A stretch of DNA of 64,000 nucleotides from a virus (taxonomy: Duplodnaviria; Heunggongvirae; Uroviricota; Caudoviricetes). The notes beneath the pieces were generated by a model. It did no database searches, was not told the origin of the DNA, and saw only the letters and a list, made by a program, of their open reading frames with translations. Every line of letters begins with the position of its first letter. Within the stretch, counting starts at the first letter, position 1. The DNA lies in the IMG/VR virus record IMGVR_UViG_3300042401_002002; one strand, written 5' to 3'. This document shows, in pieces, positions 49,325-60,457 of the stretch. A program made the position numbers and the translations under genes.

Positions 49325-52300
49325 GTGGTAAAGAAAGTTAAAGTTTTTGGTTCAGGTTCAGAAGTTGCTAACAGCAATATTTCTATATTCAATAGTTATC
49401 AAACTAATCCAAGTACGATAACAAACATAGGTTCCTTTTTAATTAATACAAATAATAGTTCAAGAGTTATTAATAATACAAAAAAATTAACTAATTTCTC
49501 TTCTAACATAACTATTGATTCGTTAAAATTAAACCAAGACCAAATAACTTCTATTATTAACAAAACAACACATTATAGTTTCAATATTGATAAGACAAAT
49601 CTTTTAAGTTATGCTAAATATGGTAGTTTATTTGAAAGATTTAAAGCTGCGGTCAATAATATCATAACAACATTTCCTGGTTCTTTATATGTTAATGGTT
49701 TAATTGATGATTTTACATCATACAATACTGTTAATAATTATGTTTATGATTCAACAACAAACATAGGGTCATTTAATGTTAATATGTTATCTGTTAAGAA
49801 TAAATTTAATTTAAACATAAACAATTCTTCTTTAAATAATGACCCAAGTAATCATGAATTAAAAAACTTACCTGTTTCATATTCTGACTATGTTTTATTT
49901 GTTAATAATACAGAATATGATGTATTAGGTTTTACTGGTTTAACATCAACAAATAACACTACTTTATATTTTAAAGTTAAAGGTAACCCATTTACAGGTT
50001 CTACATCAAGTTTATCGTATCACATTAAACCTAATCAAAACAAATATACGTTATTCTATAGTAACTTAGATTTCTTTGAACAGTATTTACTTAATAAAGA
50101 TATTACACCAATATACACAGTAAATTTTAGAATACCTATATTAGATGAAGATAATGATACAATAATTTATAACAATAAAACACTTACTTGGACCACAACT
50201 GATGGATACAATATAGATATTGATAATATTTCTTTTGAAAATTACTATAGTGATTTTATTGAAATTTGCAATATTTTTGATTTAGTTAAATCTGATTTAA
50301 TTAATAGAATGTTAATGACTCAATCTGTTATTATAACTGATAACAGCGAAAGTAATAAATCTGTTCAAATTAGTAGAATATTAGGTAGAGAGATTGATGA
50401 AATTAAAAGATATGTTGATGGTTTGCAATTTGTAAACACATTAAGTTATGATAAAATTGACAATACAAGTGATGTTTTAATAAAATCAATGGCAAATACA
50501 TTAGGATTCCAACATTTTAATTTTGTTGAATTAGACAATGTATTTGAATCAATGTTTACACCCTCAGTTGCTAATGTTACAGGTTCAACAAATAACGGAA
50601 AGACACCTTCTGAGTTAGATATTGAATTATGGCGAAATATTTTAATCAATACAAATTATTTATTTAAATCAAAAGGTACAAGAAAAGGTATTGAAGGTAT
50701 ATTTTCTATTTTAGGTTTACCTGATGCTTTTATTGAAATAAATGAACATGTTTATACAGTTGATGGTGTTATCGACCCTAACAATGTTGATTTAACAGTT
50801 ATTTACCCGTTAAATGAAACATTAACTACATTACCATACGATAATAATGGTTACCCTGTTGCTGGTAATGAAATTGATAGTTATTGGTTCCAAATGAACG
50901 GTAATGAAGATAGAGGACAAGCTTACTTAGATGTTTATAGAAAATTAGGTTTTAATATTACAAAACAAATTGATAATAAAAAATCTTGGGTTTATAGTAC
51001 AGGGCAAACCAGACATACTGATTCGTTTTCACCTACAGCTGTTGATTATTTAATTAATGAAAGTAAATTAGTACTTAATACTAAAGAAATTTCTGTTTAT
51101 TTAGACCCTATTCAAGCTATCGAAAATGATGTGTATAATTATAATAAAACATATAATTTTCCAATAAGTTCAACAGGTAGAACATATCCTTATCCTAATA
51201 GAAGTAATACATCTTTTAGTGTAACAGGTTTAACCTTTAACCAATATGTGTCTGAAAGTTATATTAATTTTATTAACGTACAAAATAGAAAAACAATAAC
51301 ATCAGCGAATGGTATCAACTATCCTTCATTATACAAATTATATGAAGATTATTTATTAGTTACAAATTCAAATAAATATACACTTGAAAAAATATACACA
51401 TTTATTGATAAATTTCAAAATTTATATCAAAAATTAATAACCCAATTATTAAGTGCTACTGTAATTGTTGGTGAAGATGGTATTAAAATAAAAAATTTAA
51501 TTTACACTGAACAAAAGTTTGATTACAAAAATGGTATAGATGTTGGTAGTGAATTTAAAAATGAACAACCTAAAGATTTAAATGCTGATTTAAATTCAGT
51601 TACAACTATTTCAGGTTTTTATACTAAACCTATAACAAACAATACTTATTTATTTCAATCTTATGGTAATGGTTCATATAACGGTTCAAACAGTAGTAAC
51701 GGTGTGATAAATTCAAACACTAATAATCTATCAGGTTTTATAAAACCACATCAACATTTTAGTTCATTTATTGTTGATTTAGATATACCTACTTTAGATA
51801 TAAGTGGTGCGACTAAAATAGGTTCAATAGGTACAAATAATAGTGTGTATTATTACGATAACTCAACCGGACATACATTACAATATACAGTTACTGATAA
51901 TCTCCCAGTTTTACAAAATAGTGGAAATACTTTTAATTATGAAATATATAGTTTAGATAAAACTATAACAGGTTTTACTAATTTAGAAATTGTAGTAAAT
52001 ACCGACTATAAATCTTTTACTGGTTCTAGTGTATTTACAGACACTCTAGAGAAGACTTTATTATCAGGTGATACTGAGTATATAATTAAACCTTACTTTG
52101 AATATAGAACGAATTTATTAACTGGTGAAACAATAAACTTTAGTAGTGTGTTAGATTCATACAACTTAGATAGTATTTTAAAATACCCTTTACAAAAAGC
52201 TTATTATAATTACTACTTTGATAATAGTAAATATTATTCTTATACAGGTCAAACATATTCAACCAAATCAAATGGTGTTTATGATTTACCTTATTATAAT

Positions 52301-53263
52301 TATAATAATGATAGTGATTGGTATTTTTTATCAGTTAAAAATCCAGATAAACCTGTTATATTAACAACTAGTACATCAGATACAACTCAACAACCTTTAG
52401 GTAATTTATATACTGAAAATATAGTACCAGACAACACAGACACATTTGTTTTATCTTATCAACCAGCAGGTGATATCAAAGTTTCTGTTAATGGTAGTAC
52501 TTTACAAAAAAATACCGAATATAGTGGTGTAACATCATTACCAGCGGCTTTAGCTAATATTACATTTAAATTATTAGTTCCATTTAACAGTAGTACTGAT
52601 TTATTAACTGTTACTTATGTTATTAATAGTGCTAAAAATAGTTTAATAACTGAAAATGAATTTGTTAATTATATGATTCCAACAGGCACAACTAGAGGTT
52701 TAGATGGTAGAGTATTTTATGATACAACAAATAATTATTATAGTTACATAATGGATATAAACAGTTTTGATGGTACTAGTAATAATTTATTAGTAACATA
52801 TAATGGTAATACACTAACACCTAATCAAGATTATAGTTTATCTAACATTGTAAAAAACAAAATAAAACTTCATAATATATTAGTTGAAAGTGGTGATACT
52901 ATAACAGTTAGTTATCCAACTCAAAACCAATCTATTATTTCAATGTCAAGTACATCTCAAGTAATAAATTGGGATACTAACAATGTAATTCCAATAAATG
53001 AAACAGGATATTTTAATCTAGAGTTATCAACTGATACTGTATTTAATACTATTACATGTGTTTCAAATAATATTAATTATGTAGTAGGGCAAAATGTATT
53101 TAGCGAAACAATTGACTTAACAATAGCACCTTACAATGTTTTAACATATAATACAACCTATTATGGAAGAATCAAAAGTACTAGGTTATATTCAACAGTA
53201 AACGGTGACATTATACCTGTAACAATTTATAGTGATAAATTTACAATAAAAACAACTTCTTAA
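49325..53263 (+). CDS. large virion structural protein (baseplate wedge/tail-like)
   Basis: 1312 aa, N/T/S-rich; LWRNILINTNYLFKSKGTRKGIE (baseplate KGT motif); CTATTTATT upstream. Confidence 0.7.
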   Translation: MVKKVKVFGSGSEVANSNISIFNSYQTNPSTITNIGSFLINTNNSSRVINNTKKLTNFSSNITIDSLKLNQDQITSIINKTTHYSFNIDKTNLLSYAKYGSLFERFKAAVNNIITTFPGSLYVNGLIDDFTSYNTVNNYVYDSTTNIGSFNVNMLSVKNKFNLNINNSSLNNDPSNHELKNLPVSYSDYVLFVNNTEYDVLGFTGLTSTNNTTLYFKVKGNPFTGSTSSLSYHIKPNQNKYTLFYSNLDFFEQYLLNKDITPIYTVNFRIPILDEDNDTIIYNNKTLTWTTTDGYNIDIDNISFENYYSDFIEICNIFDLVKSDLINRMLMTQSVIITDNSESNKSVQISRILGREIDEIKRYVDGLQFVNTLSYDKIDNTSDVLIKSMANTLGFQHFNFVELDNVFESMFTPSVANVTGSTNNGKTPSELDIELWRNILINTNYLFKSKGTRKGIEGIFSILGLPDAFIEINEHVYTVDGVIDPNNVDLTVIYPLNETLTTLPYDNNGYPVAGNEIDSYWFQMNGNEDRGQAYLDVYRKLGFNITKQIDNKKSWVYSTGQTRHTDSFSPTAVDYLINESKLVLNTKEISVYLDPIQAIENDVYNYNKTYNFPISSTGRTYPYPNRSNTSFSVTGLTFNQYVSESYINFINVQNRKTITSANGINYPSLYKLYEDYLLVTNSNKYTLEKIYTFIDKFQNLYQKLITQLLSATVIVGEDGIKIKNLIYTEQKFDYKNGIDVGSEFKNEQPKDLNADLNSVTTISGFYTKPITNNTYLFQSYGNGSYNGSNSSNGVINSNTNNLSGFIKPHQHFSSFIVDLDIPTLDISGATKIGSIGTNNSVYYYDNSTGHTLQYTVTDNLPVLQNSGNTFNYEIYSLDKTITGFTNLEIVVNTDYKSFTGSSVFTDTLEKTLLSGDTEYIIKPYFEYRTNLLTGETINFSSVLDSYNLDSILKYPLQKAYYNYYFDNSKYYSYTGQTYSTKSNGVYDLPYYNYNNDSDWYFLSVKNPDKPVILTTSTSDTTQQPLGNLYTENIVPDNTDTFVLSYQPAGDIKVSVNGSTLQKNTEYSGVTSLPAALANITFKLLVPFNSSTDLLTVTYVINSAKNSLITENEFVNYMIPTGTTRGLDGRVFYDTTNNYYSYIMDINSFDGTSNNLLVTYNGNTLTPNQDYSLSNIVKNKIKLHNILVESGDTITVSYPTQNQSIISMSSTSQVINWDTNNVIPINETGYFNLELSTDTVFNTITCVSNNINYVVGQNVFSETIDLTIAPYNVLTYNTTYYGRIKSTRLYSTVNGDIIPVTIYSDKFTIKTTS

Positions 53264-53332
53264 AAAATAAAAATAGATAAATATTTGGATTAAAAAAAAT
53301 TAATTATTAAGTTTGTTTAAAATATAAAACAA

Positions 53333-53458
53333 ATGATGTTATTAGGATTTATTTGTGGGATTCCACTAGCAATGTTAGCGTTTAAAATAGGTGAAAGTGA
53401 TGGTAATGTAGTTTATCAAATTATAGAAGATGCTGCTAAAAGAAATGCTAAAAATTAA
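53333..53458 (+). CDS. 41-aa membrane peptide
   Basis: MMLLGFICGIPLAMLAFKIG...; TAAGTTTG box upstream and its own terminator downstream. Confidence 0.5.
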   Translation: MMLLGFICGIPLAMLAFKIGESDGNVVYQIIEDAAKRNAKN

Positions 53459-53464
53459 CAAACT

Positions 53465-53497
53465 AAACCTTACTTATTAATTTAAGTAAGGTTTTTT
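53465..53497 (+). terminator. intrinsic terminator
   Basis: AAACCTTACTTA...TAAGTAAGGTTTTTT. Confidence 0.75.
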
Positions 53498-53571
53498 ATT
53501 TTTTAAAATATATTTGTTATTTATTGTTTAAATACGTACTTTTGTATCTCACAATTTAAACAAAGTAATTA

Positions 53572-55836
53572 ATGTTAAAATCATTAAAAATTACAGATAA
53601 TTTCTTCTTAAATGAAAGAATTATCAAACAAAAAGACGAAACTGTAGTAGTTTCAAAACCTGTACCTGTAAACTTCATTGTTAATATTGATGTTTCAGGT
53701 TCAATGAGTTGGGAATTAAATGAGATTCGCAAACAGCTTAAAAACAAATTACCTAACCTTATTAAAGAAGGTGATACAGTATCAATTATTTGGTTCTCAG
53801 GTAATAGAGATGCAGGTATTTTGAAAGAAGAAGTTGAAATTAAGTCTTTAACTAATTTAAAAGACCTAAATGATGCGATTGATAGATTCTTAAAACCTGT
53901 AGGTTTAACAGCATTCGCTAAACCTTTAGAATTAACTAAAGAAGTAATTAGTAGAATTAAGAAAAATAGACCTAACAGTATATTTTCTTTATTATTCTTG
54001 ACAGATGGTTATAATAATGATTGTTCTTGGTCAGACGTTACCAAACATTTATCAACTTTAACAACTGATTTAAGTTCATCTACATTTATTGAATACGGCT
54101 TGTATGCTGATTCAAAAAGATTAACTGAAATGGCTGAAGCTTTGGGTGGTGAAAAAATTTCAGCATCTAATTTTGAAGATTATGATGTTATTTTTGCTGA
54201 TAAAATTAGTAAAAACTTAACTTCAACTAAAAAAGTAACAATTGATATTGTAGATAATAAACATAATTTTGTTTTCTCTGTTTCAGATGATAATGAAGTT
54301 TTAGTATATGGTGTTAATAATGGTCAAATCTTAATTAATGATAACATTGAGAAAATTTATTATTTCAGTGAACTAGCTTTATCTGATAATGAACTAACTT
54401 TTACTTCAGAAACTAACAAAGACTTAGCTAAAGTACTTTATTCAGCTATCTATGTTTTATCTGATAGAACATTAAATAATGATGTAGAATTAATCTATTC
54501 AGTACTTGGTGATAAATATACATTTGATTTGTTTAATAATTCTTTTGGTAAACAGAAGTTAAATCAATACAAACAATATATTAAAGACTGTGTTTCTGAT
54601 GAAACAAAACGATTTGTTAAAGGTAGAATTGAAGATTTAGTTTTAGATGAAAATACATACTGTTTCTTAGATTTAATTAATGACTTATCTGCCGAAGGTA
54701 ATTTATTTTATCCAAATCATGAGGATTTCAATTATAAACGTATCGGTGCGAAAAAAGTTTCATCAGCGAATAAAATATCTAAAGAATTAGCAGAAAAGAT
54801 AGCTCAGTGTGATGATTTAAACCAACTCCAACTGTTAGTTCAAGAAGAATTAGATTCTATTCCAGGTGAACTTAAATTCATCAACAGTGAACCAAACAAA
54901 GGTTATAAATTATCTGATTTGGTCTACAATGAAAGCAGATGTAACTTATCTGTTAGGGTTAAATTCGAGGGTTATGTAGATTTACCAACTAACCAATTTG
55001 GCATCCAAAGAATTAATACATTCATTTATAGAACATTTACTTTAGTAAAAGATGGCATTTTAAACATAACTAAATTACCTGTAACATTAACTACTGAAAC
55101 AGTAAGTAAAGTCGGTTTATTTGTTAATTTAAAAAATGTAACTGAAGATATTATTACTATTGATTTCAGTTCACTACCGATTATTAACCGTAGTATGGTT
55201 AAATCAATCTCAGCAACTGATTTAGCAAAACAAGAATGGTCTCTATTAAAACTTCAAGCTAATAAAAAGGTTTATGACCATTTTGATAAAACATTATTTC
55301 CTAAAGTTTCAAAAGGATTTATTGACACTTACGGTAAAGAAGCTGAAGAATATTTAAAATCAATAGGTATCACAGATTTTAACGGCTTTGCACCTAAAAC
55401 AACTAATGCTGAAAGTACAGATTTTTACATGTCAGTGTTATTAGAAACTAAAGTTGCAGGATACTCTAGTTTACCTAAAGTTACTGATGTGATTTCTAAG
55501 ATTGAAAAAGGTGCAACTTTAAAACCAACAGAATTATTAATGGCTGACGCTGTAAACGATTATAATAACCAGATAACATCTGAATTATATTTATCTCAAG
55601 ACGTAGAAGTTCAAAAATCAATTCTTGAAAAATGGTTAAAGAAAGTTAAAACTGATTTTATAACTGAAAAAAGAAGAGTTATAAACGAAATAGCTAAAAT
55701 CAAGTTTGGTTTAATCTTATCTAAAGGTTGGTTCAAAGAATTCAGTTCATTTGATGAAAATACTTTAGAACTTGAACTAGATGATAAAAAAGTTAAATTT
55801 ACCTTCGATTTAAAAGAAGAACAAGTAAATATCTAA
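53572..55836 (+). CDS. von Willebrand factor A (vWA) domain protein
   Basis: MIDAS DVSGSM, GLT, LFLTDG. Confidence 0.8.
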   Translation: MLKSLKITDNFFLNERIIKQKDETVVVSKPVPVNFIVNIDVSGSMSWELNEIRKQLKNKLPNLIKEGDTVSIIWFSGNRDAGILKEEVEIKSLTNLKDLNDAIDRFLKPVGLTAFAKPLELTKEVISRIKKNRPNSIFSLLFLTDGYNNDCSWSDVTKHLSTLTTDLSSSTFIEYGLYADSKRLTEMAEALGGEKISASNFEDYDVIFADKISKNLTSTKKVTIDIVDNKHNFVFSVSDDNEVLVYGVNNGQILINDNIEKIYYFSELALSDNELTFTSETNKDLAKVLYSAIYVLSDRTLNNDVELIYSVLGDKYTFDLFNNSFGKQKLNQYKQYIKDCVSDETKRFVKGRIEDLVLDENTYCFLDLINDLSAEGNLFYPNHEDFNYKRIGAKKVSSANKISKELAEKIAQCDDLNQLQLLVQEELDSIPGELKFINSEPNKGYKLSDLVYNESRCNLSVRVKFEGYVDLPTNQFGIQRINTFIYRTFTLVKDGILNITKLPVTLTTETVSKVGLFVNLKNVTEDIITIDFSSLPIINRSMVKSISATDLAKQEWSLLKLQANKKVYDHFDKTLFPKVSKGFIDTYGKEAEEYLKSIGITDFNGFAPKTTNAESTDFYMSVLLETKVAGYSSLPKVTDVISKIEKGATLKPTELLMADAVNDYNNQITSELYLSQDVEVQKSILEKWLKKVKTDFITEKRRVINEIAKIKFGLILSKGWFKEFSSFDENTLELELDDKKVKFTFDLKEEQVNI

Positions 55837-55844
55837 ATTAAAAT

Positions 55845-55875
55845 AAACCTCTCTTATTAAATTAGGAGAGGTTTT
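55845..55875 (+). terminator. intrinsic terminator
   Basis: AAACCTCTCTTA...TAGGAGAGGTTTT, nearly identical to the one at 43935. Confidence 0.75.
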
Positions 55876-55893
55876 AATATAAATGATGTTATT

Positions 55894-56374
55894 ATGAAAT
55901 TAGACTTTATATTTAGAAATGAAAAAATTTGTTCAGATTTTTTTCGTTCAGTTCTTTTTAAACTAAACTATCCAAAAGTGACTTATACTTGTATTTATAG
56001 TTATTACAAATCTGATGAAATAACTGAAAATAATATGAAAAATAATCAAATTTATATATTTTCAAGATGAAATTACAAATAGCTAATTCTGAACTAAAAA
56101 TCGAAAGATTTCAACTAACCAAACAAGAATCTAGACAAACTTATTCTTACTTACATTTTAGTAAAGATATCAATCAAATGACTTTATTAATTAATAATCA
56201 CTTACATATATTTACAAGATGAGATTAAGAATACATCTCAGCGAACAACCTATTTGTTCAGACATTTATAAATCAGAAATTTCTGGGAATTTTTGCATAT
56301 TAACTAAACATAAAATTAGTGGTAGTGAAATCATCAACTTTATTATCATTGGAAATTTACACACATTCAACTGA
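55894..56374 (+). repeat. MKL micro-ORF array 8 (3 units, plus strand)
   Basis: 55894-56070 MKLDFIFRNEKICSD...NNQIYIFSR; 56067-56222 MKLQIANSELK...NNHLHIFTR; 56219-56374 MRLRIHLSEQPICSD...GNLHTFN. Confidence 0.8.
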
Positions 56375-56376
56375 TT

Positions 56377-57936
56377 CTAAAAACCACCTAATCCTTGTAA
56401 GATAGCTAGATAACTTCTAGCTTTTTCTTTTATCATCGAAATAATAATTGGAGTTAACTTCTTTTTAATTATTTTAGTTAAGTAGTTATATATCAATTCA
56501 GTAACTTTCTTTTTCAAAGTTTTAATAATACAAAGTAAAACAAAACTATTTTGTTTCATTATATCTTGAAAGTTTGTAGGTTGTGTTGAAACTGATACAC
56601 CTTTTATATACGAATCAAGTATATTATTAATCATTAAATATTGTGGTGATGTAATTGCATTTTTTATAATAATAAAACTTAAAGCTTTAATAATATCGTT
56701 ATTTAGTTTATTATCTACCCCTTGTTTATTACCTGTACTTGACTGTAAAGATTGGTCCTTCTTTAAGAACTTTTCCATTTTAGATTTTGTTGCATCAACA
56801 GTATATTTAACATTCAAATCATTTGAAACAATATTACCATTAACTCTACTATTCAAAGACAATAAAGGGTCCTGAGAATTTAAAATATCAGAAACATCTT
56901 TATCAGTTAAAAACACATTAAGTTCAGTACAATCAAAATCAAAAGAAGTACCATAAGTTTTTTTATCAATTGAATTTTGCAAATTAGACATATCCTGAGT
57001 AGACAATGTAAAAACTGTATCATTAACATCATCTGAATTAATAATATTAGTTAATTGCTTATTAAATGTTTCTTTAGCTAATATTTTATTACTACTCTCA
57101 TTCCCTATATTATACAAAGAACCAAACAATAAGTTTATTATCTCAGAATAAATAATATTACCATCTATAAAATCAGTACCATCAATTATTTTATTAACTA
57201 ATTCAAATTTAGTAATTGTATTAGATGTTGATTTTAAACTTATCTTACCGGTAGCATCAAAAGTGTAACTATACAAACTATCTGAATATGTGTTTTTATC
57301 CAAAACATTAGATAAACCATTATAAATTTGACCACCTATTTTTAAATTATAATTATGTACAATATTAGTTGAACCTCTAACTTTCAAATTACCAAAAGGG
57401 TCAATCTGCTGCATCGTCATTGATATATCTTGTGGTTTGTTCGTTAAATTAATAGCACCAAGTGATTGTTGTGTATTTACTGATATGTTAGTATTAACAC
57501 CTAAATTACCTGTTGAGTTATTTAAATTAGATACCTGACTATTAACACTACTGGTAACATTTGACGTTGCAATACTAACTGCACTAGATAAATTAGACTG
57601 ACTTGAACTTATTTGAGAACCTACTTGACTAGAAACATCACCAATAGCACCCAAAACCGAAGCCTGTGATTTTAACAGTTGTTTAATTAAATTATTAAAT
57701 TCAAGTGTTGATGTAGTAATTATTTTTTTAACCAATAATTGAACTTCATTTACAGATGTCAATGTGGTTAATAATTGTATTAAAAAGGGTATTATATCTT
57801 TTGTATTTGTATCATTTGGTAAATTAAACCTATTTAACAAATCATCTAATTTATTTATTGTTGATAAACTATCACTCAATGAGTTGATAGATGTAACTGA
57901 ATCAAAAATAGCTTTTTTATCACTTGTGATAGACAT
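56377..57936 (-). CDS. putative virion structural protein
   Basis: 519 aa with an S/N/Q-rich linker; CCTATTTATT motif upstream. Confidence 0.55.
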   Translation of the reverse strand: MSITSDKKAIFDSVTSINSLSDSLSTINKLDDLLNRFNLPNDTNTKDIIPFLIQLLTTLTSVNEVQLLVKKIITTSTLEFNNLIKQLLKSQASVLGAIGDVSSQVGSQISSSQSNLSSAVSIATSNVTSSVNSQVSNLNNSTGNLGVNTNISVNTQQSLGAINLTNKPQDISMTMQQIDPFGNLKVRGSTNIVHNYNLKIGGQIYNGLSNVLDKNTYSDSLYSYTFDATGKISLKSTSNTITKFELVNKIIDGTDFIDGNIIYSEIINLLFGSLYNIGNESSNKILAKETFNKQLTNIINSDDVNDTVFTLSTQDMSNLQNSIDKKTYGTSFDFDCTELNVFLTDKDVSDILNSQDPLLSLNSRVNGNIVSNDLNVKYTVDATKSKMEKFLKKDQSLQSSTGNKQGVDNKLNNDIIKALSFIIIKNAITSPQYLMINNILDSYIKGVSVSTQPTNFQDIMKQNSFVLLCIIKTLKKKVTELIYNYLTKIIKKKLTPIIISMIKEKARSYLAILQGLGGF

Positions 57937-58045
57937 AATACTGTGTTTTTAATAAATAGGGTTATAAATATTTTAAAAATAAATAAAATAATGTTTGGTT
58001 TTAATAAATTAATTTGTATATTGCAACTACTAAACAGAAATTTTT

Positions 58046-58324
58046 ATGTTCATTGATTTTAAACAACTAGCTACTAAATGTGGTGAATATTGCGAACTAG
58101 ACCCAACTGGAAATGTTGCTGAAACACTAAATGAATGTGTTCAATATCTTTTATTAAGTTCTGAATCCGAATTTAACGATGAAACATTAGATGATGATGA
58201 ATTACCTTTAAATACAGTTTTTATTAAAAATACACTTATCAGAGAAAAAGTATTGGTTTTTGGTAATAACACACCTGTTTCACCTGTTAATAAAAAAGCT
58301 CCAACCGCTAAGAAGAAAGCTTAA
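58046..58324 (+). CDS. hypothetical protein
   Basis: 92 aa. Confidence 0.6.
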   Translation: MFIDFKQLATKCGEYCELDPTGNVAETLNECVQYLLLSSESEFNDETLDDDELPLNTVFIKNTLIREKVLVFGNNTPVSPVNKKAPTAKKKA

Positions 58325-58356
58325 AAACTAATTTTTTTAATTTAGATTTAACCATA

Positions 58357-59157
58357 ATGGCTAAACGCAAACCAACACCTTCTTATATTAGAGAAGAACA
58401 GGATAATTTAATAACAACATCTAAAGATAAAAGGTTTAAAGAACCGACAGCTAGAGATATTATATCAATTGACGATATACTCAAAACCCCAATTACACTT
58501 TCTACGGAACAAGAACAACTTATTAGATTAGTTGATAAATCCATAGTGACTGTTTCGGAGGGTGGTCCTGGTTCGGGAAAATCCTTTACTGCGATATATA
58601 TAGCACTATTAAAATTAGCCAAAGGTGAAGTTGAAAGAATAATTTTATCTAAACCATTAGTACAAAGTGCATCGGATGAAATTGGTTTCCTAAAAGGAAC
58701 ACTAGACGAAAAAGTAAAACCTTTTTTGGAGTCATATTTTGATATTTTTGAAACTTTTCTAACCAAACAACAAATTGAATCTTTAATAAAATCAGGATTT
58801 ATTAAATTTGAACAAATTTCGTTTTTACGTGGAAGAACATTTAAGAACGCAATGATAATTTTAGACGAGGGACAATCAGCCCGAATTGACGGTTTATTTT
58901 TAATTTCATCGAGGGTAGGTTTAGGTTCAAAATTATTAATTTTGGGTGATAGATTCCAAGCAGATATCAAACCTTCTGAGCAGAAATTTACAGATTTTAT
59001 TTCTATTCTTGAAAAGATTCCAGAAGCTAGTGTTTTTAAATTTTCAGATTCACATAACTATAGAAACCCTTTCCTTATAGAGTTAACTAGATTATATAAT
59101 GAGTACATGGAAAAACAATTAGAGCCAAAAACAAAAAAACTACTTTTGAAATCATGA
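58357..59157 (+). CDS. phoH: PhoH-like ATPase
   Basis: GGPGSGKS, IGFLKG, FLRGRTF, ILDEGQ, GDRFQAD. Confidence 0.92.
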   Translation: MAKRKPTPSYIREEQDNLITTSKDKRFKEPTARDIISIDDILKTPITLSTEQEQLIRLVDKSIVTVSEGGPGSGKSFTAIYIALLKLAKGEVERIILSKPLVQSASDEIGFLKGTLDEKVKPFLESYFDIFETFLTKQQIESLIKSGFIKFEQISFLRGRTFKNAMIILDEGQSARIDGLFLISSRVGLGSKLLILGDRFQADIKPSEQKFTDFISILEKIPEASVFKFSDSHNYRNPFLIELTRLYNEYMEKQLEPKTKKLLLKS

Positions 59158-59486
59158 TTTTAATTAACCCAGCATACATAAGTTCTATTGAAATTACCCA
59201 ACCTTTTTTACTTAGTGAATTAGAATTTATTAATGGTGTGTACCATAAAGTATACGAAAATGAAATTGGACAAATAATTAAAAAACCGTTATATCATTTA
59301 GACATTGATAATATAATAAAAGGCACTATTACTGAAGATGAAAAAGTTTACGGCAAACCTAAAGTGATTATTTATTATAATAATGATAAATATATAACTG
59401 TTGATGGTTTTAAAACAAAAAATGAGTTTGATAATTATTTGGAAAAACTAAAACAACATACCACTAATTTTTTATCAGTTATTTAA
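59154..59486 (+). CDS. hypothetical protein
   Basis: 110 aa, overlaps the phoH stop. Confidence 0.6.
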   Translation: MILINPAYISSIEITQPFLLSELEFINGVYHKVYENEIGQIIKKPLYHLDIDNIIKGTITEDEKVYGKPKVIIYYNNDKYITVDGFKTKNEFDNYLEKLKQHTTNFLSVI

Positions 59487-59559
59487 AAAATAATCAACAA
59501 ATTATTTGGTTATATAAAAACTTTTTATTAGATTGCAACATAGTAATTCAGAGAAACAA

Positions 59560-60123
59560 ATGGCAAAGGTAGTAACAATTTTTATAGATGATATTTTAAG
59601 GAATTTTTCTGGTGCGTTCAAAGAATGTTACAATGAGCAATACCCAAAAAATACTTTTTCAACTTTTGATATTTTTAATCTTAATAATTTTTTTCAGTCA
59701 AGTGAAGTTTTTAATGATTTTTTTAGCTTAAATTTTTTTACAATCCTTAGCGCATCCGAGACTAAATATCAAGGGTGCGTTAATGATTATTCTAACACAA
59801 AACATCTACTTAACTCAGAAGGATATAAAATTAGATTAGTATCAACAGTTAGTGACACTAGACATATTTTTGCAAACTACTTCTTCTTATCTAAAAACTT
59901 TATTTCAGGTGATGAAGTTGTAATGTTGCAACCAGAAGAAGATATTAGAACAGCTTACAACCAAAATTATATAGTTACAACAAATTATAATTTAATAGGT
60001 GACAATGTTATTTTGCTTGAAACTGAATATAACATAGAACATGCACATAAATTTAAACATGTTATTAAAAAAGTTTCAGATATACCTAAAATAGTTTTTA
60101 AAGATAGTGAAAATAATGAATAA
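59560..60123 (+). CDS. degenerate HAD 5'-nucleotidase-like protein
   Basis: IFIDDILRNF and ETEYN; start taken at MAKVVT. Confidence 0.45.
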   Translation: MAKVVTIFIDDILRNFSGAFKECYNEQYPKNTFSTFDIFNLNNFFQSSEVFNDFFSLNFFTILSASETKYQGCVNDYSNTKHLLNSEGYKIRLVSTVSDTRHIFANYFFLSKNFISGDEVVMLQPEEDIRTAYNQNYIVTTNYNLIGDNVILLETEYNIEHAHKFKHVIKKVSDIPKIVFKDSENNE

Positions 60124-60457
60124 CATAGATAATTTTATAAATATTCTTGAACAAACAAAAAAAGATTGTTTAAGTATTAGTAATGAATTAATCAAAGCTG
60201 ATTATTTAATTCAACTAGACAATATTGAAGTATGTGATGAAAATATTAATTCATATAACACATACTTTAAAGACAAAGTTAGTTATTTTGGTACACAATT
60301 TAATGGAAAAACAATTCCTTATTTTTGTTATATCAATAACACCGAATTTACACAGATTTTAACTATTGAAGATATTAATAAACTAGAACCTAATATTGAA
60401 ATAGAAAAAGTTTATATTGAAGAATTAGAGTTTGCTTTTAATAAATTAACATTGTAA
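60107..60457 (+). CDS. hypothetical protein
   Basis: 116 aa. Confidence 0.55.
   Translation: MKIMNNIDNFINILEQTKKDCLSISNELIKADYLIQLDNIEVCDENINSYNTYFKDKVSYFGTQFNGKTIPYFCYINNTEFTQILTIEDINKLEPNIEIEKVYIEELEFAFNKLTL

Noticed and set aside
58383-58970. 195-aa antisense ORF in phoH and other shadow ORFs (2366, 2675, 4694, 5240, 6786, 11888, 16346, 18206, 22800, 23590, 29459, 32610, 34349, 34742, 40000, 43235, 45448, 50446, 53556, 57764, 60835, 61219, 62859)
   Set aside because: They lie antisense to well-supported genes, show I/L/S/F-biased shadow composition and have no motifs
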